64,000 nucleotides of DNA from contig JAWMAR010000005.1 in assembly GCA_036785375.1 (NCBI GenBank), positions 434,001 through 498,000 on the forward strand, in the 5' to 3' direction. The translations under genes were made by a program, and so were the position numbers. The notes beneath the pieces were generated by a model, which saw only the letters and a program-made list of their open reading frames with translations, did no database searches and had not been told where the DNA came from. The stretch's first letter is position 1. Each line of letters starts with the position of its first letter. Positions 1-14,200 of this stretch are shown here, piece after piece. The DNA comes from Leucoraja ocellata. Lineage: Eukaryota.

Positions 1-1913
1 TGCTCCTATCACTTATGATCACATGATCTTATGATATGATATTCATTTAGTTTGAGGTTTTTGCTAGATCTCCATGTGCGGGCAGTAGAGGGTCAGGTAG
101 AGGTAATGGTGATTGGCATTTCAGTGGGAGAACATTTTTGGAACAGTGTTCACAACTCCATCAGAATTTTAAGATAGTTCTGATTAAGGATACATCTGGA
201 CTGGGGGGGAACAAATTACAACACTTTTGGTCACAAGTTAGAGGGATTAATTTGGGAGCAGGTAGTTCTTGGGTCAGTCCACATCTAACGTGGGAGTCAT
301 TTAAAGACCAAAGTTCAAGACTGGTATGAGTAGGAAGGAATTTCAGATGCTGGTTTAAACCGCATTTAGACACAAAAAGCTGGAGTAACTCGGCAGGACA
401 GGCCACATCTCTGGAGAGAAGTAATGGGTGACTTTTCGGGTCAAGACCCTTCCTCAGACTAGATAGGGATAAGGGAAACTAGAGATATAGATGATGATGT
501 AGAGAGATAAAGAACAATGAATGAAAGATATGCAAAAAATAATGATGATAAAGGAAACAGGCCATTGTTAGCTGTTGTCGGGTGAAAACGAGAAGCTGGT
601 GCGACTTGGGTGGGGGAGGGATAGAGAGAGAGGGAATGCTGGGGTAACTTGAGGAGTAGGGAAAGAATGGGAAGCAGGCAGCAAAACTTTGTAAATTTGG
701 CCAAAAAGGGAACGGAAGCATTTGTAATATGTAGGAAGATGAAATCAGACAGGAACTTTAAGGAATATAAAGAACGCAGGAAGGAACTAAAGCAGGGAAG
801 TAGGATGAACAAAGGTGCCATGAAATGCCCTTGACAAACAGAATTAACAACAATCCCAAGGCATTTAGACACACATTTAAACAAGTGGGTAACTAGCGAG
901 AAGATGGGATCACACAGTGCAAAAGGAGGGATTTAAAGCTTGGAGTCAGAGGATGCAGGTGAGGTACTAAAGGAGTACTTTGCATCAATATTCAACAAGG
1001 TGAAGGACATGTAGCAGAGGAGATCAGTGGGGTTCAGCTCCTATGCCAGTACGTTTACAAATAACACAAAAATGTATGGATTGTGGACAGTGAAGAAGGC
1101 TGGCAGAAGATCCAGAAGATTATACATACATTCACAATCCAACACACATTAGGGACAATTTTACATTGATATCAAGCCAATTAACCTACTAACCTATATG
1201 TCTTTGGAGTGTGGGAGGAAACAAAAGATCTCGGAGAAAACCGACCTGGTCACGGGGAGAACGTACAAATTTGGTACAGACAGCACCTGTAGTCAGGATC
1301 AAACCCGGGTCTTAGGCACTGTAAGCTCTGTAAGGCAGCAACTCTACCACTGCACCACTGTGCCACTCTTAGACATTGGGTTTAAGGTGAGAAGAGAAAA
1401 ATTTAAAGAAGATACAAAGCCGTTTTTTTGGCTATATTTAGGCACCTGGAATGTACTGTCAGTGGTAATTGTGGATACGATTGTAGCATTTAAGAACATT
1501 TTAGATAGGCAAGTAAATATGCAGGAAATGGAGGGATGTGCAGGCAGAAGAGATTAGTTTATGTAGGCGGCATGTTCAGCGCAGACATCATGGGTCGTAG
1601 ATGGTGAAAGTTCTTGCTGCTACACTCTGTTTCTCTTACAACTGCATCCTCCCTACAAATCTTCCCAAATGGGAGCAGAATTGTACTGCAGATCAATCTT
1701 TAAGCCAATGGTCCACATCCAATACAAGAGGAGTAGGGTTTTAATGGTGGGGATTTATACTTCTCCAATATTGACTGAGAGTGCATTAGTGCAAAGGGTT
1801 TAAATGGGGAAGAATTAGTAAAGTGAACCCGGGAGAGTTCAGCCAATGTGTAGATATTCCTATTAGCTGCACTGGACCTAATCTTGGGAAATAAGGCTGG
1901 GCTAATGGTAGCA

Positions 1914-2920
1914 GTTCAAGTTCAAGTTCAAGTTCAAGTTTATTGTCATGTGTCCCTGATAGGACAATGAAATTCTTGCTTTGCTACAGCACACAGAACA
2001 TAGTAGGCATTTACTACAAAACACATGAATTAATAAACTGATAAAGTGCAAATAACAAATAATGGGTTATTAATGTTCAGTTTTGGCTGAGCCAGGTTTA
2101 ATAGCATGATGGCTGTGGGGTTCCTGAACCTGGTTGTTGCAGTCTTCAGGCTCCTGTACCTTCTGCCTGAAGGTAGCAGGGAGATGAGTGTGTGGCCAGG
2201 ATGGTTTGGGTCTTTGATGATACTGCCAGCCTTTTTGAGGCAGCGACTTCGATAAATTCCCTCGATGGAAGGAAGGTCAGAGCCGATGATGGACTGGGCA
2301 GTGTTTACTACTTTTTGTAGTCTCTTCCTCTCCAGGACGCTCAAGTTGCCGAACCAAGCCACGATGCAACCGGTCAGCATGCTCTCTATTGTGCACCTGG
2401 AGAAGTTAGAGAGAGTCCTCCTTGACAAACCGACTGTCCGTAATCTTCTCAGGAAGTAGAGGCGCTGATGTGCATTCCTGATAATTGCATCAGTGTTCTC
2501 GGACCAGGAAAGATCTTCAAAGATGTGCACGCCCAGGAATTTGAAGCTCTTGACCCTTTCAACCATTGACCCGTTGATATAAACAGGACTGTGGGTCCCC
2601 ATCCTACTCCTTCCAAAGTCCACAATCAGTTCCTTGGTTTTGCTGGTGTTGAGGGCCAGGTTATTGTGCTGGCACCATATGGACAGTTGCTCAATCTCTC
2701 TTCTATACTCGGACTCATCCCCATCAGTGATACGTCCCACAATAGTGGTGTCGTCAGCGAACTTGATGATGGAGTTCCCACTATGACCGGCTACGCAGTC
2801 ATGAGTATAGAGTGAGTACAGCAGGGGGGTTGAGCACGCAGCCTTGAGGTGCTCCCGTGCTGATTGTTATCGAGTCTGACACATTTCCACCAATATGAAC
2901 AGACTGCGGTCTGTGGATCC
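1914..2920 (-). mobile_element. Rex1/Babar-type LINE 3' fragment
   Basis: ORF 2030-2740 contains KTKELIVDF, FKFLGVHI, QRLYFLRRL and LLPSGRRYRS. The tail is (CTTGAA)n at 1914-1938. Confidence 0.85.
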
Positions 2921-4477
2921 CTGGAGCATGGAGACACAAGATATGGCAGATATTGGAATGTGGAGCAATAAACAAAATGCAAGAGGAACTCGGCAAATCA
3001 GGCAACCACTGGTAAGGGAAATGGACAGTTGAAATTTGGCGTCCAGACTGGTCCACATATGCTGCCTGACAGGCTGAGTTCTTCCAGGAAATGTTCTTTT
3101 TAGCAATGGATCATTTTATTGGTGTTATTTTATTGGTGTTAATTTATTGATGTCATTTTATTGATGTTAATTTGCTTTAAGTTTCAAGACAGTAATGGAA
3201 AGGGAGAAAATTGGTGCTGAGGACAAGGTCCTAAATTGGGGAAGCCTGATTTCAATAAGGCAGCACCTGGTGGAAGCAGATTGGAAGCATTTGGTTGTAG
3301 GAGTCTTCTAATAGTAAGATTTGTGCAGTTTCAGAGCTAACAATCCTGGAGAAGTGAAAGGTTAAGATAGTAGGATCAGGGAACACAAAGCGACGAGCAC
3401 CGAGCCCATGCCGACCATTGATTACCTGTTCACACTAGTTCTATGTTATCCCACTTCTCATCCACTCCCTACACAATAGAGGCAATTTATAGAGGCCAAC
3501 TAACCTACAAACGCGCACGTCTTTGGAATGTGGGAGGAAACCGGTGCACCCGGTGGAAACCCATGTGGTCACACAGGGAGAACATGCAAACGCCACACAG
3601 ACAGCACCTGAGATCAGGATTGAAGCCGGGTCTCTGGCTCTGTGAGGCAGCAGTCTTCATGCACTAACGTAGCACCCACATTTGATGAAGTAAAGGGAAG
3701 CATTTGGCAGGCATAGGCAAATGAAAACAGGAGAGACACTTGGGTTTAAACAGAGCAAAAGGCTACTTTAAAAAAAAAATTAGGAGAGGAAAGGGGCAAG
3801 AAAAAATTAAAAATTAAGAAGAATCCCAAGGATTGAACAATTGTATAAGAGTAAGAGGGTAACCAGGGAAAGAGTAGGAGCCAAGGAAAGTGAGGGCTGT
3901 TGCAAAGAACAATGGGGGCCCGGCATGGGGGTACTGCATTGAGGGACGGTGGGAGAACAAAATGGGAACTGGTGTCTGGGGCACTTTAGTTTTAGAATCC
4001 TCTTCCTAGGGCATAAGCATGTGTTTGTTTGTTTTGTTTGTTCGTTCGTTCTGGTTAAGGCGCTGTACACACAGCAGCCAGCCAACAGTTGCTTGTCTTT
4101 TTCTTTTTTTTCATTTTTAATTTCAAGTATTTGAGTACCTTGAGTTTTGTTACTGTTGGCAGACCAATTTCCCTCCGGGGATGAATAAAATGTTATCGTA
4201 TTGTATCGTAGAACTGCTGCCAGATGCTGTGAAGTTTTGTGTCCAGTGCCCGACAGGAGAGGGGACAAGTAGGAATGACAGGGGAGTGAATGGTCTTTCA
4301 CGATGTTGGTTGCTTTCCCGAGGCAGCGTGGAGTGTAGGGTAGAGTAATTGCCAAACTAGGCTGTGATGTAATCAACAGGATGCTTTATGCGGTCCATAT
4401 GTAGACATTTGTAAGTGCTGTTGGAAGCATGTTGAATTTCCTTAGTCTTTATCCGACTGCAACAAAATCTTACATAT

Positions 4478-5055
4478 ACATAGAAACATAGAAATATAGA
4501 AAATAGGTGCAGGAGTAGGCCATTCGGCACTTCGAGCCTGCACCACCATTCAATATGATCATGGCTGATCATCCTACTCAGTATCCTGTACCAGCTTTCT
4601 CTTCATACCCCCTGATCCCTTTAGCCACAAGGGCCACATCTAACTCTAGAGAATTCCAGAGATTCACTCTCTGTGTGAAAAATGTTTTTCTCAACTCAGT
4701 CCTAAAAGATTTCCCCTTTATCCTTAAACTATGACCTCTTGTTCTGGACTTCCCCAACATCGGGAACAATCTTCCTGCATCTAGCATGTCCAACCGCTTA
4801 AGAATTTTGTAAGTTTCTATAAGATCCCCCCTCAAATTTCTAAATTCTAGCGAGTACAAGCCAAGTCCATCCAGTCTTTTTTCATATGAAAGTCCTGACA
4901 TCCCAGGAATCAGTCTGGTGAACCTTCTCTGTACTCCCTCTATGGCAAGAATGTCCTTCCACAGATTAGGAGAACAAAGCTGTACGCTATACTCCAGGTG
5001 TGGTCTCACCAAGACCCTGTACAATTGCAGTAGAACCTCCCTGCTCCTATACTAA
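4478..5055 (-). mobile_element. CR1 3' fragment about 80 nt upstream of the receptor ATG
   Basis: ORF 4578-5024 contains RPHLEYSVQ...TRGHSLR, with an (ACATAGAA) tail. Confidence 0.88.
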
Positions 5056-5136
5056 ATTAATGTTACTAGAACTGCCAGCTTTGTTCCTGATTTACTGCTC
5101 AGTTTAACACACTGTGTACAGTCAACAAGCACTTAC

Positions 5137-5200
5137 ATGGAGCAGGATTTAACCTTTGATATTCAGTGTTTGTACTTTTTAGCTGTTGCTTTTACCAAAG
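5137..5200 (+). CDS. Exon 1, signal-peptide (leader) exon [21 protein letters not shown](G)
   Basis: ATG at 5137, hydrophobic core CLYFLAVAF, phase-1 donor AAG|GTATTG at 5200/5201. It joins in frame to [12 protein letters not shown] across a 183-nt intron, as in Ig/TCR split leaders. Confidence 0.8.
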
Positions 5201-8200
5201 GTATTGTTTGTCATTTCAGTGCAGAGTGAAAGAGCAAAGCTCAGGAGAAAACAAAAGAGTTTACAAATTGAGGATACATGTGCAGAACATTCATGAATAT
5301 CCAAGAGCTTTCATGCTGCCTTTTGTTTCAAATTATTTTTGTGGTCATCATCTGTTCTGATCTTTGGTTGTTATTACCCACAGGTCTAAAGGCAAACATA
5401 GTCCTGATCCAATCCCCAGGAGCTCTGGTGGTGCGTGAAGGTGAAACAGTGGAGATACGGTGTGTCCTGAACAGCACCAATGTGAATGACATTGTGAACA
5501 AATTCACCGTTCACTGGTACAACTCACGTAATGGAAAAATCAAACTTAGTCTTTCTGACGATGGCCACATTTACAGGTCACTGGGCTTCTCCGATCGATT
5601 TCAGCTTTCCAGGAACGTCACCAGTAACAGCTACTCACTGAACATTACAAAGGTGGTGATTGCCGACTCTGCTGATTACATCTGTGGCATTTGGGGGTTA
5701 ATATTTGGAAAAGGAACCAAGCTGAATGTAACCAGTGAGTATTTAAATTGGTTCTAATTCCAATCCTAACATCACGAGGAATCATGATGTCAAGTTGTCA
5801 GTTTTACAAAGACAAACATCATTAAAAGTTCACTCTGCAAAATGGAGAATGAAAATAGGTCAAAATTATTTTTTAACTGAATAATGCAGATCACTCGTTA
5901 CTGGGTTCTGAGGTCAGGATGGAGAATGTACTTCGGCATTGCCAGAGAGGTACACATAGTGTGAACAGATGAATGTAAAGAAATTACAGTATAGGTAGGC
6001 TAGTTTCTTCATTTATAATCACTTTGCTTGAGTTTACTTTATTGTCACGTATCCGAGGTACAGTGAAAAGCTTTTGTTGCCTGCTAACCAGTCAGCGGAA
6101 AGACAATACATGATTACAATCGAGCCATTCACAGTTTATGCATGGGCACTATTAGTTGGGGCACCGTCCTGTATGGTATGGCTGCCCAGCCTGCAGCTGT
6201 CCGTTTTTTAATGTTTTTTTTTATTTTTAGTTAGTTAAAGTGTTTTTGTTCTGGAGTTCTAGTCTTTTTTATATGAGGGGTGGGGGGGAATGGGGAAACT
6301 ACCTTTCAGGGTCCCTACCTGGTCGGAGAGGAAGCTTTTCTCCAGGCTGCACTGTCGACCCGTCCTCGCGGCCTACCAGCGGGCCTGGAGCGGCGTTTCC
6401 TGAGGGGACCGCCCAGAATCTCAGCTTCGGCAGCGGCACAGCGCTGGAGCACTATCGCAGAGTGGGTGATGCCTTGCCCGGGTCGCCGCACTGGAAATCC
6501 GGTAAGCTGAGGTCCGCCGATGGAGCGGCCGGAAGCGCTGAACTTTTCATCGGGAGCCTGGGATCTCTCACCGAGATCGCCAGTTGTGGAACTCCATCCG
6601 GCGCGTCCTTGTTGGTTTTGGAAGACGCGGTCTCGAGTAAGGAGGCGGCCGCTCCAGGTGTCCCATGCCGCTGAGAAGATTCTCCCGATGCCAGAGCACC
6701 ATTACCCAGCGAGAACAGCCTGGAACATTGGGCCTCCGTAGCGGCGACTGCGGAGGCCTCAATAGGCCCAACTATGGGCGGACATGGGGATGGGACTGGA
6801 CTTAGTATCTTCCCTCATAATGGAAACCATTGTGGAGGGATGTTTTTTATGTTAAATTTCTTTATTATTGTCATGTTTGTATTCTTTTTTTATGTGCTGC
6901 ATTGGCAACAAGCATTTCACTACACCTCGGTGTATGTGACTAATAAAGAAACATTTGAACCTAGTTGCACCGTCTGCCACACTGAGATCAATTACTCGAT
7001 GGTCAGCATGGGCTCAGTGAGTGAAGGACCTGTTTCCATGCTGCATCTCTACACTAAAGTAAACTAAGCATTACCACCTCAATGATCTATCTGTACTATT
7101 TCCATACCCTCTTATTCCTCCAATATACAGAGATCTGCTTATCTCTGTAGCAGCAAAGGACTAAATACACGACTAAACAAAGCTAAATGAAAAATGAAAT
7201 CCCCATTGTGAGGCAACACCTCCCAACACTGGAGGGAGAGAGAGAGAAAGAGAATGAGAGAGTGAAAGATAATCGTGAACAGGGAGAAAGTTGCAATCAG
7301 CTGCAATCATGATTTTAATATCAGTTGCTAACCAAGTTAGCATTACTTTTACATGAGGTTATCTAATGACAAAGGATGAATGTATTTTAAGTTGAAACAC
7401 ATGAAGTATTTAGCAACTCCAACATTATTGTTCATCTGTTGATATTTTCCCTTTCAAGTTGCAAATCCTCCGATCCTGATCCAATTCCCGAGGCTGGAGC
7501 GTGTCACTGAGGGTCACACGGCACGGTTACATTGCTCCATGGAGAACGCTGAAGTGGGAAACACTGACGTCCACTGGTACCGAGAACTACCCGGGCAGGA
7601 CATGGAGTGGGTTTTAACACACGAGGCAGGAGGCAGCGTACGAAGGAGACCAGGCTTCACTGAGCGGTTCCAGCCGTCCAAAGACGCCTCCAACAGCAGC
7701 TTCATCCTGAATGTCACAAACGTGGCGCTCAATGACTCTGCCGTCTATTACTGCACAGTGTGGGGAGATATCAGAGGGAATGGAACCCAGCTCAACGTAA
7801 CCAGTGAGTACGAATTATATTTGGTTTTATTAACCTATGTGTAACTATATTGGGTGTAATTCACTTCCCTTGAATTGGCACATGTACCGGGAGTACTGAA
7901 AGATTAAGGAGATCGTATTGGAGCCCTGATTCTGGAAACCAATATATTGTGGCCCCTCACTAATGGAGTGAGCACTGATATGGTAACTGATGTCAGATCT
8001 GGGTTGTGTGAAATAAATTTCAATGTGCAGTGTGTTCTTCATTGTAGAGAAAACTAGAAATAGTGTTCAGTGCTCAGTGTAATAGCAGGGCACCGCTCAC
8101 AGCTGTTTGAGTTAAGGTACAGGAGAGCAGAACAACAACTTGTCATGGCTTTAGATTAACCAATGCTGCCTCCTTATTCCAATGGTTCAATAGTTTTTTT

Positions 8201-11200
8201 ATTTGTCACATATGCAACTGGGCAGTGAAATTATTTTTGCATATATTACACATGCTGGTGGTGCCATGTTTTGGCGTCATGATCATTCGAAGTGCAACGT
8301 CCGGTCAGCCCACAGCTCGATGTACTGGAGTAGTTCCCACGAACCAAAGTCCCTCTCCTCTCCTCGCCCGGCCATCTTTGTGTCTCGGGGTGCCTCCAGC
8401 AGGCTACCTGGAGGCACTGGAGACATTTCCCTGGTTCAAACTCGCACCGGCCTTTGCTCCTTGTGTCTGACGTCTCCAGCTCACTCCCGGTCATGCCGAC
8501 CAATGATCCTTTTGACGGGTTCCCAGTCCCGCCGTCCGGCAAAACTTCGGGCTTGTTTTCAACCAGGAATCACTGATACTTGAACCACTCACATAGAAGA
8601 GGCAACAACAACAACAACAACGCTGTCACTGGATCTAAGGCCAGGCCTCTGGAACTCACTGAGAAGAAACACGTTACACGTTGATCACCTGTGTTCATGC
8701 CCTCCCTCAGGCTAACAGTTCATTGTTGTCTGGATCTGAGTCATTGCTCATCAATATTATGTTGATGCAGGCCCCTAATCCATGTTAAATAGTGTGAAGC
8801 ACGGTTGAAATTCCCCCTCAATATAATTTCCATGTTCCAGCGAAGTAGATAACTCGTTGCACCGTCGGCGGTAAAGGAAAGATAAGAATCCGACACAAAG
8901 GCAGAAGAATAGGGTCGGTGTAAGAACAGAGTCAACGTGGATGTATAAAATGGACATCATGGTTGAGAAATCTCTGAAAGTTGGTAGATGTTTGTAACTA
9001 GCAAAGTAGGGTAGAATCTATGGAGGAACTGGAATGAACAGCAGGTATCCACGCTGAGGGGCTGTGACTAGTGAGAGGTACGGTTTGGTGCTGGGACCCT
9101 CACTGTTCACAATCGAGGATGAGAAGACCAAGTATAACATATCCAGGTTAGTTGGTAGGCAAAGCAACAAGGGAGGAGGCTTCAAGGGGCACAGACAAGT
9201 ATAAAGAGCAGGACAAGTCAGATGGACTATATCTTCATTCACTTCTGCAGGTAAAATGGACGTAAAGCATTTTTTTGTATGTTGTGAGACAGTAATGTCA
9301 GAAGAATCTGGGTGTTCTCATACACAAAATAACTTAAAGTCAACATGTGGATAGAATAAGCAGTTTGGAAGGCAAACATTAAAAACAAAAGACAAAAGCT
9401 GTTGGAGTAACTTAAAAGGTCAGCCAGCAAGTCCGGAGAACATGGATAAATCTGACATCCTCGATAATCTTTCTCTACAATTATCCTGAGCCTCACTGGG
9501 AAGTATGTGATGGTATTCCAATTTTATAAACTGTTACACACCAAATGCTGGAGAAATATGATGCCTTCCATTGAACTCCATGTATATTCACACAGATCCC
9601 CTGGATGATCCGGTCCTTATCCAGTCTCCGCCAGTCAGCAAGGTGGCAGAGGGTGTAACCGTGCAGTTGCAATGTGTCTTGCACAAAGCTGGTGTGAATG
9701 ACACTGACGTCCACTGGAACCAGCAGCGACCGGGGAAAAACAGCGAGTGGATAATGAGCCACTTTGTGGATGGCAACGTCACCAGGTCTGGCTGTATCTC
9801 TGACCGCTTTAAGTCTTTCAGGAATGCCATGAGCAACAGTTACATTCTGACCATCACCAATGTCTCCATCAATGACACTGCTGTCTACAACTGCAGTGTG
9901 TGGAGTTACATCTATGGAGCAGGATCCCAGCTCAATGTAACTGGTAAGTCATTGTTTGCCTACACTGACGATAACAGCAGCTCACACTTCAACCTTCACG
10001 CAATGACTCACTGACACATGGGAATTCTGTGACCACTCCCAGTAAAACAGAGAGTGGGGAAGTTATCCTTGGCGTGTAAAGTGCAACAGCTAGGAAATAG
10101 ATAAGTGTGTGAAAGGACGAGTACAAGAGAACAAAAATCAAAAGTGTGAATAGTCTCCGCAAATGGTTTGTGGATGAAAAAGGATTTGCCTTTGGGTTTG
10201 AGCTGTCAGAGATGGAAGGTATTACCAACTAATAGCATAACATCAAATAGTCATACAGCGTGGAAACATGCCCTTCTGCCCAACTTGCCCACACCGGCCA
10301 ACATGTCCAGGTACACTAGTCCGACCTGCCTGCATTTGGCCCATATCCATCCTGAAATAAATCAGAGTAAGGAGAGAAAGAGGATCACTTCATATGTTGT
10401 TAAAAGGAATAGATTAGCTCATAAAATCCAATGGGAGAAGAAATATTATCAATTTCTTAAGAAAAAGCCAAGCTTGAGGTTATGAGTTTGAGTTTAATTT
10501 ATTGTCACGTGTACTAACATACAGTAAAAAGATTTTGTGGGCTAACTAGTCAGTGGAAAGACAATACATAATTACAATTGAGCCATCCACAGATACACGA
10601 TAAAGGGAATAACGTAAATAAAGTTTGGTGCTAGATAAAGCCAGTGATTCCAATCAAAGATAGTCCAAGGATCTCCAATGTCGATAGAAATCCCAGAGGA
10701 ACTCAGCAGAGGGACCAGGGGTTAAATGAGATGGAGGAACTGAGTGAAATCCAGGTTAGCCGGGAAGTGGTGTTAGGTAAATTGAATAGATTAAAGACCG
10801 ATAAATCCCCAGGGCCAGATAAGTTGCATCCCAGAATACTTAAGGAAGTAGCCGCAGAAATAGTGGATGCAATAGTGATAATTTTTCAAAACTCTTTAGA
10901 TTCTGGAGTAGTTCCTGAGGACTGGAGGGTAGCTAATGTAACCCCCCTTTTTAAAAAGGGAGGGAGAGAGAAAACAGGGAATTACAGACCAGTAAGTCCA
11001 ACATCGGTGGTGGGGAAATTTCTGGAGTCAGTTATTAAAGACGGGATAGCAGCACATTTGGAAAGTGGTGAATTCATTGGACAAAGTCAGCATGGATTTA
11101 TGAAAGGTAAATCATGTCTGACGAATCTTATAAAAAAAGATGGCGGATGTGCAGGAGTCGGCGCCGTCTGTGTATGGCAGCCTGTCCGCAGTCCGTCTCT

Positions 11201-14200
11201 TCACCTTTTTTTTATTTTAAGTCCTGTTAAAAAATGTAAGTTTGTTAGTTGGAGGTATTTTATGTGGTGGGCGGGGGTGGGGAAGGGGGAAAATTTAATT
11301 TTTAGTCACCTACCTGGTCAGAGAGGCAGCATCCCTCCAAGCTGCTTCTTCGCCCAGTCCTCGCGGCCTACCATCGAGAATGGAGCGGCGTTTTCCTGTC
11401 GGGACTGGCCGGGACTACAGCTTCGACAGAGGCACAGCGCTGGGATACCAACAGGGAGCGAGCGATGCCTTACCGGGTCGCCGTGCGGTAAGCTCCGGAG
11501 CGCTGTGGCCGCCGACTCCCAACATTGCAGAGCTGTGGCTGTGGGCAGCCGGCCGCTGGCGGCGCTGGATTTGGAGCACCGTGGAGCCAGGGATTGAGTT
11601 CGCCGGGGTCGGAGCTCCAACCGGCGCGGCCTGAGGGCTACAAGTGCCCCGGTCTCCGGTCTCTGGGCAGGAGGCAGCAGTTCTAGAATTTCCAGCCACT
11701 GAGGAATGTTTCACCCAACGACGGAGTTCCATCTTCACGTCAAGAGGGCCCTGAAAATCATCGGACTGGCTGCAAAGCCACAAATGGGCCCCGACCTCGG
11801 GTGTTTCAGAGGAAGAGGACTTAACTTTCTGGTGCCTTTCCTCACAGTGGAAATTTTTGATTCTGCTCTGGGGGGACTTTTGTGTTGAACTCTAAAATGT
11901 GTTGTGTCCATTCTCTTTATTTTTTTAACCTTTTTCTCTGGTTTGTATGGAAACTTATTATCTAATTAATGTAAAGCACTGGTGTCAATGCGAGTTGACT
12001 TAAAACGTGCTATATAAATAAAACTTACTTACTTACTTATAGAATTTTTCGAGGATGTAACTAGTAGTGTGGATAAGGGAGAACCAGTGGATGTGCTATA
12101 TCTGGACTTTCAGAAGGTTTTTGACAAGGTCCTACATAAGAGATTAGTAAACAAACTTAAAGCACACGGTATTGGGGGTTCAGTATTGATGTGGATAGAG
12201 AACTGGCTGATACACAGGAAGCAAAGTGTAGGAGTAAACGGGTCCTTTTCAGAATGGCAGGCAGTGACTAGTGGGGTACGCAAGGCTCAGTGCTGGGATC
12301 CCAGCTATTTACAATATATATTAATGATCCGGATGAGGGAATTGAATACAACATCTCCAAGTTTGCGGATAACACAAAGCTGAGGGGCAGTGTTAGCTGT
12401 GAGGAGGATGCTAGGAGGCTGCAAGGTGACTTGAATAGGTTGGGTGAGTGGGCAAATGCATGGCAGATGCAGTATAATGTGGATAAATGTGAGGTTATCC
12501 ACTTTGGTCGCAAAAACAGGAAAGTAGACTATCATCTGAATGGTGGCCGATTAGGAAAAGGGGAGATACACCAGTCATTGAAAGTAGGAATGCAGGTGCA
12601 GCAGGCAGTGAAGAAAGCAAATGGTATGTTAGCATTCATAGCAAAAGGATTTGAGTATAAGAGCAGGGAGATTCTACTGCAGTTGTACAGGGTCTTGGTG
12701 AGACCACACCTGGAGTATTGCGTACAGTTTTGGTCTCCTAATCTGAGGAAAGACATTCTTGACATAGAGGGAGTACAGAGAAGGTTCACCAGACTGATTC
12801 CTGGGATGGCAGGACTTTCATATGAAGAAAGACTGGATAGACTCGGCATGTACACGCTAGAATTCAGAATATTGAGGGTGGATCTTATAGTAACTTACTA
12901 AACTCCTAAGTGGTTGGACAGGCTAGATGCAGGAAGATTATTCCCGATGTTGGGGTAGTCCAGAATTAGGGGTCACAATTTAAGGATAAGAGGGAAGTCT
13001 TTTAGGACCGAGATGAGAAAATAATTTTTTACACAGAGAGTGGTGAATCTGTGGAATTCTCTGCCACGGAAGGTAGTTCAGGCCAGTTCATTGGCTATAT
13101 TGAAGAGGGAGTTAGATGTGGCCCTTGTGGCTAAAGGGATCAGGGGGTATGGAGAGAAGGCAGGGATGGGATACTGAGTTGGATAATCAGCCATGATCAT
13201 ATCGAATGGCGGTGCAGGCTCGAAGGGCCGAATGGCCTACTCCTGCACCTATTTTTATGTTTCTATATGGAAGGTACACAAAAATGCTGGAGAAACACAG
13301 AAGGTGCAGCTCCATAGATGCTGCTGCACCCGCTGAGTTTCTCCAGCATTTTTGTGTACCTTCGATTTTCCAACATCTGCAGTTCCCTCTTAAACATCGT
13401 ATATGGAAGGGTTGATTATCATGTGCAGGAGGGATAGGGGAAGATATTAACAAAGACTGGAGTTGATAAGCGGAAAAGACAATAGATTACAAATAATGAA
13501 ATCTGATAAGAAAAGGTTGGAATAAAATGTGGAACCCGAGGGCGGATGGTGAGGTAGATCGGAACCGGAAGGTGGAGGTGATGTGGCAGATAAATGTACC
13601 CAGAGGGGCTAGGGCTGTATAATGAATAGCGAGTGGAAAGACAGGTATATGTGAGAGTTTTTATTTTTATCTGCACCTTTGTTGCTTGTCAAATGCCTTC
13701 TGAAAGTCCAAATTCACATCAGCTAGTTTTCCCTTATCTGTGCTGGTAACTACAATCTCAAAAAATCAGCTGATTTGTTGAATATGATTTCCTTTACAAA
13801 AACATTTTGACTCCACCCTGTCCTGATATATTCCAAATGCCTCACTTACTTATTAATAAATTAATAATAGATTACAGCTCTTCCCTCATCCATGCTTCCC
13901 CTCATAATCTTGAGTGGTAATCTACACTCTCAACTCATCCGTCTCACCTCCTGTGCTTCTTGCTTTAAAGTGAATGCAGTTAAACCTACCAGTCCTCTCA
14001 TGCTCCCCCTCTCATCTCTGCCAATGCTTCCACTGGACTTGCCTGTTCTATTGTCTACATATGAGTCCGCTATCATTCTGGGTCCCAACCCCTTGTCTCA
14101 CTAGTTTAAACTCTTTTGAGTAGCAGGAGCAAACCTCTCCACAAACCCATTCAGAACTTTGTTTGGCCCCATGCACAAGTTATATAATATTGCAGGATCA

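Noticed and set aside
5278-5383. Hydrophobic N-terminus of ORF 5278-5757 as an unspliced signal peptide
   Set aside because: It lies in the polypyrimidine-rich intron. The phase-matched leader exon at 5137-5200 is the simpler explanation, although intron-retaining use cannot be excluded.
7754-7760. Perfect RSS heptamer CACAGTG right after the conserved Cys codon in V2 (also in V4 and V6)
   Set aside because: There is no nonamer at 12- or 23-nt spacing (3/9 matches each). It is explained by the codons for C-T-V and is absent from V1, V3 and V5.
10644-11597. Chimeric 317-aa ORF as a novel gene
   Set aside because: It is a CR1 RT fragment reading by chance into a GC-rich inserted element; the duplicate copy has a different frame structure.
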